IMG/VR virus record: IMGVR_UViG_3300042324_002009
Location: 1 to 64,000 of that record
Strand: one strand, 5' to 3'
DNA: 64,000 nt
DNA from: a virus
Shown here: piece by piece, positions 27,701-37,453 of the stretch
Numbering within the stretch: the first letter of the stretch is position 1
Layout of the letters: each line of letters opens with the position of its first letter
The notes under the pieces: model-generated
Seen by the model: the letters and a program-made list of their open reading frames with translations, nothing else
Database searches by the model: none
What the model was told of the DNA's origin: nothing
Translations under genes and position numbers: made by a program

Positions 27701-29155
27701 TTGAGCTCTATACGAAGTAGGCCTAGCTAATTTAAGCTGAACATCAGTAGTTCTTCTAAAAAAATCCGCAACTTCTCTTTTTGCAATAACTTTTAATTGA
27801 TCAACTGTTGGTTTTATTTGATTTGGGAAAACCTTTTCAATTTCTGTCTTCTTTTTTATTTCAAGGGTTGAGTTTAGTTTTTCATAAAATTTTTCATAGG
27901 CCGCTTGGCTTTTAATATAAAATTGAGTATCTCCTTCCTTTATTGAAACAGGTGCATTTTCAATTCCTTTAAAAATTGGGTCAATTTTATTTGGATCAAC
28001 TGAAAGACCCCTTTCTGCTAATGTATAAAAATATTGAATTGGATTTGCAAATTTACGATATAGTCCAGGATAACCGTTTGATACTTTATTATATAGTGCT
28101 CCAGGAATATAGTCATAATTTGAAAATGGATTGGAATTTACAGAATCAATTGGGATACTTGAACAAAATGTTGCAAGAGTATTGTTAAATGGTTTATTAG
28201 TTAAATGCGTATTTTCTTTAACTGGAATATATCGATCAATTGATTCAGAACTGCCATCTTGTTTTATTTGCGGTACATTTATCGTAGTTATATCTAAATC
28301 AATTAATCTAACTCCAAAGGCTGCTGTAAATGCAGGAATATTAATACTAGCAGTAATTTGATCATTATCAAAATATGGAATAAATTGGCCGCTTATTTTT
28401 TTACATAAAGAACTGAGGGTTTGAGAAGTAGTCGATGCAGATCCAAGTGGAGGTAGTGAGCTAATTTTTTCGGATAGAGCATTGGTTGCTCCTTGTTTAG
28501 CAACACTTTGATTTTCTTCTGCAACAATTCTATTTTTACGAGCTTCATAATATAGTTTATAAGCTGAACCACTTATTAGAATATTATAGGCGTCTTCTGA
28601 AATAAGATATGTTAATATCTTATTCGAATCATATGTTGTAAATGTTTTAAAGGTTGAGTCACTTAAATTACGAATTATACTAAATGCATAATAATAATTA
28701 CCATAATTGTTATAGTTATTAATATACTCATTCCAAATTTGATTTTCAATAGCTAGTGTTCGGGTATATTCATCAGTCCAATATAAGAATTGGGAAGTTA
28801 ATGGTTCAACGTTAGATATTGTAGAATTAAAAAAGTCTAGTCGTTCTTTGTAATACTCTGAAATAACTGTATAATGGTCAAGTGCTTCTTGTACTCGACC
28901 TTTAACTACGGCAATTTCAATAGTAGTTGCCTGCTTTGCCATTTGATTAATTAAAATAGCCTTCACGTCTTCAACTCCTTGGTTAATACAATTGCCATTA
29001 TCTGCTGGCATTGGAATTTTAACCTCTTTTGCAACTGGGGCAACTGGTTCAGGTAAACAGGCTTTTACATTAGCTAGGTCAGCATCAGTAAAAACAGGCG
29101 ATGCAAGCTTTCCGCACTTAATATCATTAATTAGGCTTTTAAATGTGACGTTCAA
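24791..29155 (-). CDS. large hypothetical protein (coiled coils plus Pro-rich hydrophobic segments), probably late/virion-associated
   Basis: 1454-aa ORF with TTG start; late-like GATAGATAA at 29174-29182 upstream. Confidence 0.75.
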   Translation of the reverse strand: MNVTFKSLINDIKCGKLASPVFTDADLANVKACLPEPVAPVAKEVKIPMPADNGNCINQGVEDVKAILINQMAKQATTIEIAVVKGRVQEALDHYTVISEYYKERLDFFNSTISNVEPLTSQFLYWTDEYTRTLAIENQIWNEYINNYNNYGNYYYAFSIIRNLSDSTFKTFTTYDSNKILTYLISEDAYNILISGSAYKLYYEARKNRIVAEENQSVAKQGATNALSEKISSLPPLGSASTTSQTLSSLCKKISGQFIPYFDNDQITASINIPAFTAAFGVRLIDLDITTINVPQIKQDGSSESIDRYIPVKENTHLTNKPFNNTLATFCSSIPIDSVNSNPFSNYDYIPGALYNKVSNGYPGLYRKFANPIQYFYTLAERGLSVDPNKIDPIFKGIENAPVSIKEGDTQFYIKSQAAYEKFYEKLNSTLEIKKKTEIEKVFPNQIKPTVDQLKVIAKREVADFFRRTTDVQLKLARPTSYRAQTSSIYSNGNFKYSPVDSVLPEKLAYYTKAYSEILEKIKECNTEIGLLEVKIKENSMDPDVLAKRIADVACFKGPSAITIPTKDCEAETLKKLGQDPLFIRTLGGNDASLPDMTNSCYWREFTKSLNKVSLLPIPDLTAPLFRYYPINNIIPTPLGIALIPIPQKWRTLFTLSTPVGTLVTFLTMPIAIVGIPLPSIYILYFAPDGNKYMLLAPNIPLVYMTPTSIKYGFEIDQTAASENPLGLDPANPFKGQLIKGSLVNPLAISGNASKAVRLTALAATLALGKNPNITTRDGTPIGEVDPITYIASYAGELEKMMNFLDLDLSNDFDKQIADFKRSMNLQFNKLGEIQLTAVTKLKDKTRKDRESQVMGAEGESDLKKKRESKKAARSLDPITLSSKISGVLDDFDKYIDKIKLGTISFPDSPTKLNPKLPSAISGLQPTIEKAAKGLLGADIDATNFIAKIKRMASQVDPTKLKSKKSFNLNKADDVREFKKAIKEYSNKALDYLQGNANPADEDIDPNLSDVEKGKIKKAAKLRKERLQKALTFTTLSVAAPNLKLFDPAAPCCPAAQPPLEVVSPQVLAALGVFNALLDALLSGLTIDVLKSLLGESLEEIGISAVTTLFNSLLGLLPPIILPEKPDIVSISQAIILPVLTALTVPQSPNPLGVPFPIQIVIPLDIVIKPLLKLAIAYLLELILRMLSDAGDMLTANQGPNSSSLKEILRQIPCGNSEFAKVSTTTSSKYVSITLPNGFNIKLPKIPMLPLDIVSYFALLTSTDLVELIKGLLNTAIDGILEPLKTIVGPILSLTKSLKDLSFTVVDSANPYILPIKLAIMAIQLKIPNSSKLKLANLDAINLLKAAYIPVITFAEPVVKELAYLVSILACSFGNKPGVQVARIASSPFFNQDDLPPWERLTHKNPLFAIFLDELAWRGSITSTGTLLFQSKMPGLYPTAWSPSIFIDPGMHTS

Positions 29156-29201
29156 TGAATTAGGTTCTTTATTTTATCTATCATTCTCTCTAAATAGAAC
29201 A

Positions 29202-29229
29202 GCGCTTGTGAGGGTTACTCAACAAGCGC
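29202..29229 (-). terminator. GC-rich hairpin downstream of groEL
   Basis: GCGCTTGTGAG-GGTTA-CTCAACAAGCGC; weak U tract. Confidence 0.55.
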
Positions 29230-29255
29230 CGATCTGTAATTGTAATTTAAAATTA

Positions 29256-30836
29256 TTAGATAGGTAGTTTGTCTTGTGGAATTTGTACCATTAGGCAATC
29301 AGTTGTGATTAATAAGCCGGCAATTGAAACTGCATTTTCTAGAGCAGTACGAGTAACTTTAACTGGGTCAATAATTCCAGCCTCAAACATATCTACATAC
29401 TCTTCAGTTTTTGCATTGTAACCAGGAGCTCCATTTTTAATTTTGTCCCAAACAATATCCGGATTAACTCCAGCATTTTCAAGGATTGTTTTAAATGGTT
29501 GAGCACAGGCTTTTTTAATTATTTCAATTCCCAATTCAATATCGCGGTTAGGCGAATGAATTGTAATTTGATCAATTGCTTTAAGTAGGGCAAGACCTCC
29601 ACCTACAACAATACCTTCTGCGATTGCAGAACGAGTTGCTCCAAGCGCATCATCAATACGGTCAGATTTTTCGCGAGCTTCAATTTCAGAAGTAGCTCCA
29701 ATTTTAATAATTGCAACACCGCCTTCAAATTTAGAAAGACGTTCTTTTAGTAAAATCTTTGGCGATTCACTTTCGCAAGCTTCAATTTGCTGTTTTAAAT
29801 CAGTAGTTAATATTGCAATTGCTGCTGCGTCTCCATGACCTCCAATAATTGTGGTTGTATCAGACGTAATTGTTACTTTATCGCAACTTCCAACGTAATT
29901 GGCAGCAATACTTTCTTTAAGAGTAACTCCATCCATTTCAGAAACAAGAGTTCCACCAGTTAAGGTTGCAATATCCTGTAATTTAGCACGGCGATTTTCT
30001 CCAAAACCTGGAGCTCTAACTGCAGCTACTCGTAGGGTACCCTGTAATTTATTAACCAACATTGTATTTAGGGCTTCTCCATCAACGCTATCACTAATAA
30101 TAAGTAGTGGACGGCGCTGTTTATTTGAGAATTCCAAATATTGAATTAAGTCTGCAAGATTTGAAATTTTACCATCGTACAATAAGATAATGGGTTTTTC
30201 AAATTCAACTGTATTCTTCTCTTGGTTATTTATGAAATATGGAGATAAGTAGCCATTTCCAAATAACATACCTTCAACGATTTCAACAAAGGTTTCGCCA
30301 GTTTTACTTTCGCCTGCTGTAATAATCCCGTCAAATCCAACTACTTTCATTGCATCTGCAATAATTTCGCCAATTTCCTCGTCATTATTTGCTGAAATAG
30401 TTGCTACCTGTTTGATTTTTTCAAAATCTTCAACTGGTATACTTTGAGATTTTAGGTTCTCAATAATTGCTTTCATACCGATTTCAATACCTTTCTTAAG
30501 GTCCATTGGATGAGCGCCGATTTCTACAAGTCGATTACCTTCAGTAAAGATTGCATGGGCCAGGACAGTTGCAGTAGTTGTACCATCACCTGCTTCTAGC
30601 GCAACTTTGTTTGCAACTTGCTTTACCATTTGGGCTCCAACATCTTCCATATAATTTTCGAGTTGAACTTCACGAGCAACGGTTACTCCGTCTTTTGTTA
30701 TTGCAACGCCATTGTCACGAGCAATAACTACATTACGGCCGCGTGGCCCTAACGTAACTTTTACAGCATCTGCTAATGCATTAATACCGGCTGCTAAATG
30801 CTGTCTAGCTTCTGCTTTAAATTTAGTTTGTTTCAC
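29256..30836 (-). CDS. groEL: chaperonin GroEL
   Basis: [46 protein letters not shown]; no GGM tail. Confidence 0.97.
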   Translation of the reverse strand: MKQTKFKAEARQHLAAGINALADAVKVTLGPRGRNVVIARDNGVAITKDGVTVAREVQLENYMEDVGAQMVKQVANKVALEAGDGTTTATVLAHAIFTEGNRLVEIGAHPMDLKKGIEIGMKAIIENLKSQSIPVEDFEKIKQVATISANNDEEIGEIIADAMKVVGFDGIITAGESKTGETFVEIVEGMLFGNGYLSPYFINNQEKNTVEFEKPIILLYDGKISNLADLIQYLEFSNKQRRPLLIISDSVDGEALNTMLVNKLQGTLRVAAVRAPGFGENRRAKLQDIATLTGGTLVSEMDGVTLKESIAANYVGSCDKVTITSDTTTIIGGHGDAAAIAILTTDLKQQIEACESESPKILLKERLSKFEGGVAIIKIGATSEIEAREKSDRIDDALGATRSAIAEGIVVGGGLALLKAIDQITIHSPNRDIELGIEIIKKACAQPFKTILENAGVNPDIVWDKIKNGAPGYNAKTEEYVDMFEAGIIDPVKVTRTALENAVSIAGLLITTDCLMVQIPQDKLPI

Positions 30837-30852
30837 TTGTTATTTGATTATT

Positions 30853-31596
30853 TTACTTTATTATTATATCCGATTTTTCAATTTGGTTTAGGTTAGAAAG
30901 CTTTAATGCCACTTGAATTAGCGTAATAACGTCTTTTTGGCAGTATTCTTTAATTCCTTCAACATTTCCGGCCCAATAATTCTCATGCACTTGATCGCCT
31001 TTCATTGCATCTTTGGGGGAATCTATTCCAAGAACAGTCGCTAACAGATCAAGAGATGTGAAACCTTCTTGCCATGCACCAAATGACCAAAGTTCTGAAG
31101 TATCAATAATTGAAGTTTCCCAAGGTTTTTTATCCCATACTTGAAGAGGGGTCGCTGGCTCGATATTGAGAATAAATGCACGTTTACATAGGAATGGAAC
31201 ATCAAATCTTTTAACATTATGACCAGCAATCTTTACGCCGGTTTTTGAAAGAGCTGACATTAGTTTAAATGACTGACGTAAGATTTCAGCTTCGTCATCT
31301 CCGGAATAGGAAACAATTTGAGCAGTTGGCGCGCCATCTACAAATTTCATTTTGCCGAATGAAACACAAACAACTCTACCAAATTCAGCATGTAGAGCTG
31401 ATTTCATTTGAAAAAGTTCTTCATCTGACTTGTCTTTATTATCTGGGTATTTAGCCCCTAACTGATTTTTAAGGATTTCTGCTTTAGCTGACCATAATTC
31501 TTGCATTTTAGGTGAAAGAGAATCAGCATGATTGACAGTACCGGCTGTTTCTATATCAAAAAACAGCATTTTTTCTAATTGATGTGGATCGAACAT
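30853..31596 (-). CDS. stand-alone PolB-related 3'-5' exonuclease (DnaQ-like)
   Basis: [28 protein letters not shown]. Confidence 0.85.
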   Translation of the reverse strand: MFDPHQLEKMLFFDIETAGTVNHADSLSPKMQELWSAKAEILKNQLGAKYPDNKDKSDEELFQMKSALHAEFGRVVCVSFGKMKFVDGAPTAQIVSYSGDDEAEILRQSFKLMSALSKTGVKIAGHNVKRFDVPFLCKRAFILNIEPATPLQVWDKKPWETSIIDTSELWSFGAWQEGFTSLDLLATVLGIDSPKDAMKGDQVHENYWAGNVEGIKEYCQKDVITLIQVALKLSNLNQIEKSDIIIK

Positions 31597-31752
31597 GACT
31601 TTAGTGTTATAAGTTAGGGTAATTATACTAATAAAGATAAAAAGTAGCCTTTAATTAGAAGCTAAGGGCTAAAGTTTACTTAATTCTTTATATTAATAAA
31701 ATAAGTAGACTAAGTATCAGAGTATCTGTTGCTACACCCACCCAACACCCTT

Positions 31753-31779
31753 ATTCTACAGTACATTTTACAAAGGTTT
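31753..31779 (-). promoter_or_regulatory. putative non-late promoter AAAC-N16-GTAGAAT (leftward)
   Basis: One of two back-to-back copies at the main strand switch. Confidence 0.6.
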
Positions 31780-31785
31780 TAAAGA

Positions 31786-31812
31786 AAACTAAAAAATAGT
31801 TCTTAGTAGAAT
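31786..31812 (+). promoter_or_regulatory. putative non-late promoter AAAC-N16-GTAGAAT (rightward)
   Basis: Upstream of the ruvC-like / gp55-like pair. Confidence 0.6.
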
Positions 31813-31835
31813 ATTTAAAATGATTAATATGAACC

Positions 31836-32501
31836 TTGGTAGTAATAGGTATAGACTTTTCAATACAGTTTCCAGCTGTCTGCATTTGCAAAGACTTTAA
31901 AAGTCTGCACTGGATTGCGTGCGTTAATACTAATACTACTAAAGCCCATCGAAAATTACTTGAAGATACTCAACTTCAATTTCCTGGTCTGGAATTTATA
32001 TTTTTACCCCCAAAGAACTTTAAATACGATACTTACTCTGGTGTAGAACGTGCTAAATTAGCAAACTATTCACTATTAGTTGATACCCTAATAAATCGAG
32101 TAAAAGAAGTTATTAAACCTGAACCAGATCGAATCATTTCAATCGAAGGTATTGCGTATGGAGCTCAAGGTAATGCCCTATTAGATATAGCTCAGTCAAC
32201 TGGTATGCTTAGAAAAAAGGTACTAGATGACTTATTAAATAATAAGCAAGAAAGTCTTTTCATATTTTCACCAGGCGAACTTAAAAATGCAATTGGCGCA
32301 AAGGGTAATGCTGGTAAAATTGATGTTTACAAACAGTTTATGGAAACCCCACTTCTTGCAAAAGACAGTAGTTTACACAAAGTTTTAATTCAATATAATG
32401 ATCAAATTATTAAAAAAGACGTAGTAGGTTCGCCATTTATGGACATGATTGATTCATATTTAGCCGTTCTTAAGATCTACACATCACTAAAAGAATCCTA
32501 A
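31836..32501 (+). CDS. RuvC-like Holliday junction resolvase
   Basis: VIGIDFS, ISIEG, PGELK..IGAKGNAGK, DMIDS acidic motifs; TTG start. Confidence 0.8.
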   Translation: MVVIGIDFSIQFPAVCICKDFKSLHWIACVNTNTTKAHRKLLEDTQLQFPGLEFIFLPPKNFKYDTYSGVERAKLANYSLLVDTLINRVKEVIKPEPDRIISIEGIAYGAQGNALLDIAQSTGMLRKKVLDDLLNNKQESLFIFSPGELKNAIGAKGNAGKIDVYKQFMETPLLAKDSSLHKVLIQYNDQIIKKDVVGSPFMDMIDSYLAVLKIYTSLKES

Positions 32502-32505
32502 TCAA

Positions 32506-32925
32506 ATGGCAAAGGCTAAAGAAAGTAAGTATTACATTAACAACCGAGATTTCACTAATGAAATTATCCGGTGCAAGCATGGAATGCTTAATGAAGTGAC
32601 CGGGTATCAGCACACAGCTGGAGAATTATCCCCTATTGCAATTAACTATTTTATAATTCTAGCAAATAGAGCAATTTTAAAATTAAGGTTTAGTAATCCG
32701 CTAGACAAAGAAGACTGTATCCAGTCAGCTCTATTAGATCTACTTAGGTACTGGAGAAACTTTAATGAAGAAAAATCAAACAATGCATTTGCCTATTTTA
32801 CACAAATTGCAAAGAATGGATATGCAAAAGAATACAAGAAGATTTATAAACATATAGGCAAAGGCGAAAAAGTTGAATTTGTATCATTAAGCCATTCTGG
32901 CGAAAGTGAGATCTATACAATATAA
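32506..32925 (+). CDS. gp55: gp55-like late-transcription sigma factor (short)
   Basis: YYINNRDF at N-terminus, EDCIQSA, NFNEEKSNNAFAYFTQIAKN. Confidence 0.85.
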   Translation: MAKAKESKYYINNRDFTNEIIRCKHGMLNEVTGYQHTAGELSPIAINYFIILANRAILKLRFSNPLDKEDCIQSALLDLLRYWRNFNEEKSNNAFAYFTQIAKNGYAKEYKKIYKHIGKGEKVEFVSLSHSGESEIYTI

Positions 32926-32973
32926 ACCAATATGTTACCAGCAATTTATAAATCCACTAGTACTAATACCCTT

Positions 32974-32982
32974 AATAAATAA
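32974..32982 (+). promoter_or_regulatory. late promoter AATAAATAA
   Basis: 24 nt upstream of the first structural gene; same CTTAATAAATAAA context at 36341. Confidence 0.6.
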
Positions 32983-33006
32983 AGGTAAAGAGCTAGGTAA
33001 TAACTC

Positions 33007-36000
33007 ATGGACATTAATAATTTAGTATTTTTTGATAAAAACGGTGAATCTTATAACTTTTCACAAAACGCCGATACTGGTGCTTGGGAAGGCTCTGACT
33101 ATTTTTTACCAATATCAACTGCACTATATGATGTTTCAAACCTGTTTATTCTTGAAAAAGTTGGAGATACTTATAAATTTCCAGTTTTAGAACCAGGTTC
33201 CAAATTAACAGTTACTTGGCAAACTGCTGAATCCTCAGATAATTTTTTCTTATTTACAATTGCAAAAGAGGATCCACACACAGACTCACCAACCTACATA
33301 GAAAGACAAACTCGACTTGATATAACATATGATGATCTTTCGCCAGACGGATTTGTTGATCTGGATCTAGCGTATCCTTTACAGTTAAATGTAGGATTTT
33401 GTCCATCTGAGGAGGTTAGTTATAATCGAATCTTAAATATTCACTATGAAATTGGTTCAAGTAAGACATTAATTGCCTCTATTTACTTTTATGGTGAAGG
33501 CGAAGATGAAGATGAACGTTTTAGAATTTGGTTAGCCAATTTCGGAATCAAATTTAATAGAGAAGATGCTCTTTTACTAAAAGATTATGACCTAAAAGAA
33601 GGTTTACCTGATTGGACCCAAATCAACCAAGCCAGAAAGCAACTATTAGTAAACCGTGATCAAATTTATCCATACGTTGGTACGTATAAAGGACTTATTA
33701 ATATTATTAATATTTTAGGCTACCGTGATGTACTTAGAGTAAAGGAATATTGGCAAGATCAAGATACAAAGTCTGGCTATTATGGAAAATATGCAATGGT
33801 TGATGTTACTGACCTACTTACAGTTGGTTCAATTGACTCGTTAGACCTAGTTGACTTAAATGGCCAAATTAAAAAAGGTGGCAAGTTTAAAAAGACTGAA
33901 TTTCTTGCACTAGTTTACGAATTTTCAGTTGCTAGTGATGTTTATGATGATGATGGAGTTCCAGAAGTTGAATTTACCACTGATTTTACAGTAGATGAAA
34001 TATTTTATAAATTAAATCGACTTTCAACTAAATTAAAAACTGAAATTCTACCAATAAATGTTGTAATTAAGGACGTTATTGGAGAATTCATATATTTTAG
34101 TAAATTTAATATTAGAAGTTGGTCAGATTCTGCATCAATTACTGAATTACAAATAAATGATGACTATAATACTGTAATTAATCATCCATCCTCTAAATCT
34201 CAATTACTATTAATTAGAGATATTAAACCACTGTATCCTAAACTTAACGGAACCTCAGAATTTCCTGAAATTACATTTAATCAGACTGCAATTGTGCCAT
34301 ACGAAAATAGGCAAAAATACACAATCTCAGAAATGCCAGATTTTATTACGGCAATTGCTGATTATTATGATGATATAAACCGATATGATTTTGAATTACA
34401 CGGACAAACTAATCCAACCGTAACTGGCGATGATATTGATGGAAAAGTAGGTTGCCCAATTACACTTGAAGCATATATTCCAGATTTTATGTTATCTGAT
34501 CTAGATGGCTCTAAATTTGGCGATTTTACAGATGGTCATTTTACAATAGGCAATATCAGATACCGTAACGGTTATGAACTTGAATGGAATATTACTGGTC
34601 CTCAAGGCTATGTATTTAATTGGAGAAGTGCACTTGCAAATATAGTTAAAATTCCTCATATTTTACCGTATATTGGAGACTACTTAATTCAATCAACTGT
34701 TTATGATTTACAAGGAGGTCAAAATGTTAGTTATTTGCATGCAACGGTACTTAAGGAAGAGCCAATAATTGAAGTATTTATGAAGGTTCAAGATAAACCA
34801 AAATACCAAATTAAGGACTTATATAATATAACAATTGGCGACCTTGGAGATAGTCCACTCTATTTACCATTTGCAAATGTAGTTCAAGGAAATACGTTTA
34901 ATTCAGGATTATCTCAACACTATTTAGATTGGAATACCTATTCAAATAATTTTGGAGTAGGTAATCCACAAACTGAGTCTGAGATATTTACACCTGGCAT
35001 TGGATTTGAATTAGTTACAAATTCTGCAAATTCGGCTAAATTACAATATGGAACCGGCTCAAGTCAAGAAGGCCAACCCACTCTTGGAGATTATCAAAAT
35101 GCAACGCTTCAAGACCTAATTCTAAATAGACTATCTGATTTTTCATATACAGCTGACCGATTAAACGGATTTATAATTAAATTAAACACTGAATATCCAA
35201 GCCATACGTTAACTCATATCAATTTCTATTCAGATGATACGCTAGGAGCATATGCACTGGGTTCATATACTGATGCTGATGATTTAGCTGATCAGTTAAA
35301 CACAGAGGCAGACGACTTAAATATTCAAGAATATAGATATGTTGCGGTAAACGAAAATATTCATGCTCATGCAAAGAGACAAGATAGGACTCTACACCGA
35401 GTTTTGGCCTTAACTTATCAAGGATCTCCTAGATTTACTGAACATGTATATACATTTAGTTATCCTAGATTAGTATATTCACCTACTTTAGTTAGTACCT
35501 TAAATTCACAACTTTCTCAAATTGCCAAAGAAATAGATGAGGATTTATTATTTTTAAGTGTACCGTTTGACGATTGTTTGAGAAAGACTGGCGAAACATC
35601 TTATTCAACTCGATCCTTTACTATCCCAAGCTCATTTCCTACGTCTGCAACATTTCCGCTAACTCGTCCTCAGGAATTTATAGTCGGTAAAAAAGTCAGA
35701 GCCTCAAGTATTTCAAGGCCTGCGGATTGGGCTGAAGGTATTGTTACTCAACCTTCTGATATAAATTCAATTTTTATAACCTTTTCTAATAGTTCATTAA
35801 CTGGAACTCCTGTATCTGACTGGAAATTTGAGTATGTTGAAAGTATTGCTAATTTAACCCCAACCGAAGCAGTTGCTGGTACACCAGCCTATTGGATCAA
35901 TAATCAATTTGGAAACTATATTAGTTTTTCGTCAACAACTGATCCAACTGCAACTGTTATTGGGTTCTTACCGTCTAACCTAGACCAAAATACATTTAGT

Positions 36001-36345
36001 CTTTCCAACTTAAAAACTGGACCAGATGGGCTGGTTGTTCCATTACACCAACCAGTATTTGCAGCAGTTGCAAATATTGAATCTAAAAAGGAGTGCATTT
36101 GGACACTAAGCCTATTTGGAAAAGAAGTCGTACAAATTAAAAATACTTCAACCTTTATTTGGAGATTTTCAGATCCTGGAGAATATTCACTAAATGTAAA
36201 AGTAACTGATATTAATAACAACGAGTATACGCTAGTCACTAATTTTAATGCAATTCACGCAAATGGAATAAAGGACTATACTAAATACCTTGAAGGCACG
36301 CTTAATCGTCGCAACCTATTACACGGTTCCCGTCGATTTGCTTAA
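33007..36345 (+). CDS. virion structural protein, probable baseplate wedge component
   Basis: GTYKGLINIINILGY resembles the baseplate-wedge KGT motif; PKD-like C-terminal FSDPGEYSLNVKVTD; late promoter. Confidence 0.55.
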   Translation: MDINNLVFFDKNGESYNFSQNADTGAWEGSDYFLPISTALYDVSNLFILEKVGDTYKFPVLEPGSKLTVTWQTAESSDNFFLFTIAKEDPHTDSPTYIERQTRLDITYDDLSPDGFVDLDLAYPLQLNVGFCPSEEVSYNRILNIHYEIGSSKTLIASIYFYGEGEDEDERFRIWLANFGIKFNREDALLLKDYDLKEGLPDWTQINQARKQLLVNRDQIYPYVGTYKGLINIINILGYRDVLRVKEYWQDQDTKSGYYGKYAMVDVTDLLTVGSIDSLDLVDLNGQIKKGGKFKKTEFLALVYEFSVASDVYDDDGVPEVEFTTDFTVDEIFYKLNRLSTKLKTEILPINVVIKDVIGEFIYFSKFNIRSWSDSASITELQINDDYNTVINHPSSKSQLLLIRDIKPLYPKLNGTSEFPEITFNQTAIVPYENRQKYTISEMPDFITAIADYYDDINRYDFELHGQTNPTVTGDDIDGKVGCPITLEAYIPDFMLSDLDGSKFGDFTDGHFTIGNIRYRNGYELEWNITGPQGYVFNWRSALANIVKIPHILPYIGDYLIQSTVYDLQGGQNVSYLHATVLKEEPIIEVFMKVQDKPKYQIKDLYNITIGDLGDSPLYLPFANVVQGNTFNSGLSQHYLDWNTYSNNFGVGNPQTESEIFTPGIGFELVTNSANSAKLQYGTGSSQEGQPTLGDYQNATLQDLILNRLSDFSYTADRLNGFIIKLNTEYPSHTLTHINFYSDDTLGAYALGSYTDADDLADQLNTEADDLNIQEYRYVAVNENIHAHAKRQDRTLHRVLALTYQGSPRFTEHVYTFSYPRLVYSPTLVSTLNSQLSQIAKEIDEDLLFLSVPFDDCLRKTGETSYSTRSFTIPSSFPTSATFPLTRPQEFIVGKKVRASSISRPADWAEGIVTQPSDINSIFITFSNSSLTGTPVSDWKFEYVESIANLTPTEAVAGTPAYWINNQFGNYISFSSTTDPTATVIGFLPSNLDQNTFSLSNLKTGPDGLVVPLHQPVFAAVANIESKKECIWTLSLFGKEVVQIKNTSTFIWRFSDPGEYSLNVKVTDINNNEYTLVTNFNAIHANGIKDYTKYLEGTLNRRNLLHGSRRFA

Positions 36346-36352
36346 TAAATAA
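36344..36352 (+). promoter_or_regulatory. late promoter AATAAATAA
   Basis: 24 nt upstream of the ATG at 36377. Confidence 0.55.
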
Positions 36353-36376
36353 AAAAGACAAAAAATTACTTAAAAA

Positions 36377-37438
36377 ATGGCATTTACTAACCTAAATCTA
36401 AACACAACACCTTTATTAGAAACAACCTTTATTTCTGATATGCGACTAATCGTTAACGCTAACGTTGCTGTCGTTAAAGGTAAAGTTGAAGACTTAATCA
36501 ATACTTTTGAATTTGATTTAACAAACAAATACATTGGGGTTGATAATTACTTTAACCAAGTTAAAACAAATAATGTAATCTTAGGAAATAGTATTTCCTT
36601 TATGGATTCAACCAATGTAATTGGAAGTTTAACTAAATCTACTGGAAAATCAATACTTTCAATTGATAGACTAGTTATTCAAGCTGGCGGATCAATTGAT
36701 ATGACTGGTACCGGCAATGCAATGGCCGTAAAGAAATTAGGAGTAGGTATGTCATTAGTTAATTTACAAAATGTTGCTCTATTTGCAGATGACGGCTTCT
36801 ATGTAGGTTCTCCAGGTACTGCAACTCCTGCAAAAACTCAACTTTATGGAGAGACTTTATTGTTGGGCCAAGCAGTTACTCAAAGTACTGATACAGAAGC
36901 GGTTCCAAATGTAATTACATTAACTGCTGAATCTACCTACTATCATAAGACTCTAGTTTTAAGTAAGTCAAGTAATCAATTCATTTATCTTACTCTTAGA
37001 GCTGGAGATGCAAGTCCTAGTGGAAAACCAGTTTACTTATTCCTAATGGAAGATGCAGCAAACCGCCCAAATCCAGGACAAAGTTTTACTATCATAATTA
37101 AAGATTATAAAGATTCAGGCGGAGTAACTGCAGTACCAATGGCAAACTGGGGAGATATTCGTATTGCTCCAGGTTATATTGACGGAACAAATACTCAAGC
37201 TTTAATAAATGGTGGAACTCATTCAACTGCTGCAACCTCTGCAAATGCGGTAACCTTTGCACTAGCTAATCAATATATTGAAATGTATAATACCTCAATA
37301 CAGCCAGATCTTGGTGGATTTTTAAGCTTTGGTGCATCAGTTACATTAACTAAATTCCAAAATTTACCAGCAATTGGAACAGTTACCGATGCAAGATTTG
37401 TTATTACCGGATCACACAATATTACACTAGTAAACTAA
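36377..37438 (+). CDS. putative virion structural protein
   Basis: 353-aa beta-rich ORF in the late cluster. Confidence 0.6.
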   Translation: MAFTNLNLNTTPLLETTFISDMRLIVNANVAVVKGKVEDLINTFEFDLTNKYIGVDNYFNQVKTNNVILGNSISFMDSTNVIGSLTKSTGKSILSIDRLVIQAGGSIDMTGTGNAMAVKKLGVGMSLVNLQNVALFADDGFYVGSPGTATPAKTQLYGETLLLGQAVTQSTDTEAVPNVITLTAESTYYHKTLVLSKSSNQFIYLTLRAGDASPSGKPVYLFLMEDAANRPNPGQSFTIIIKDYKDSGGVTAVPMANWGDIRIAPGYIDGTNTQALINGGTHSTAATSANAVTFALANQYIEMYNTSIQPDLGGFLSFGASVTLTKFQNLPAIGTVTDARFVITGSHNITLVN

Positions 37439-37453
37439 TTTAACTAAATACCT

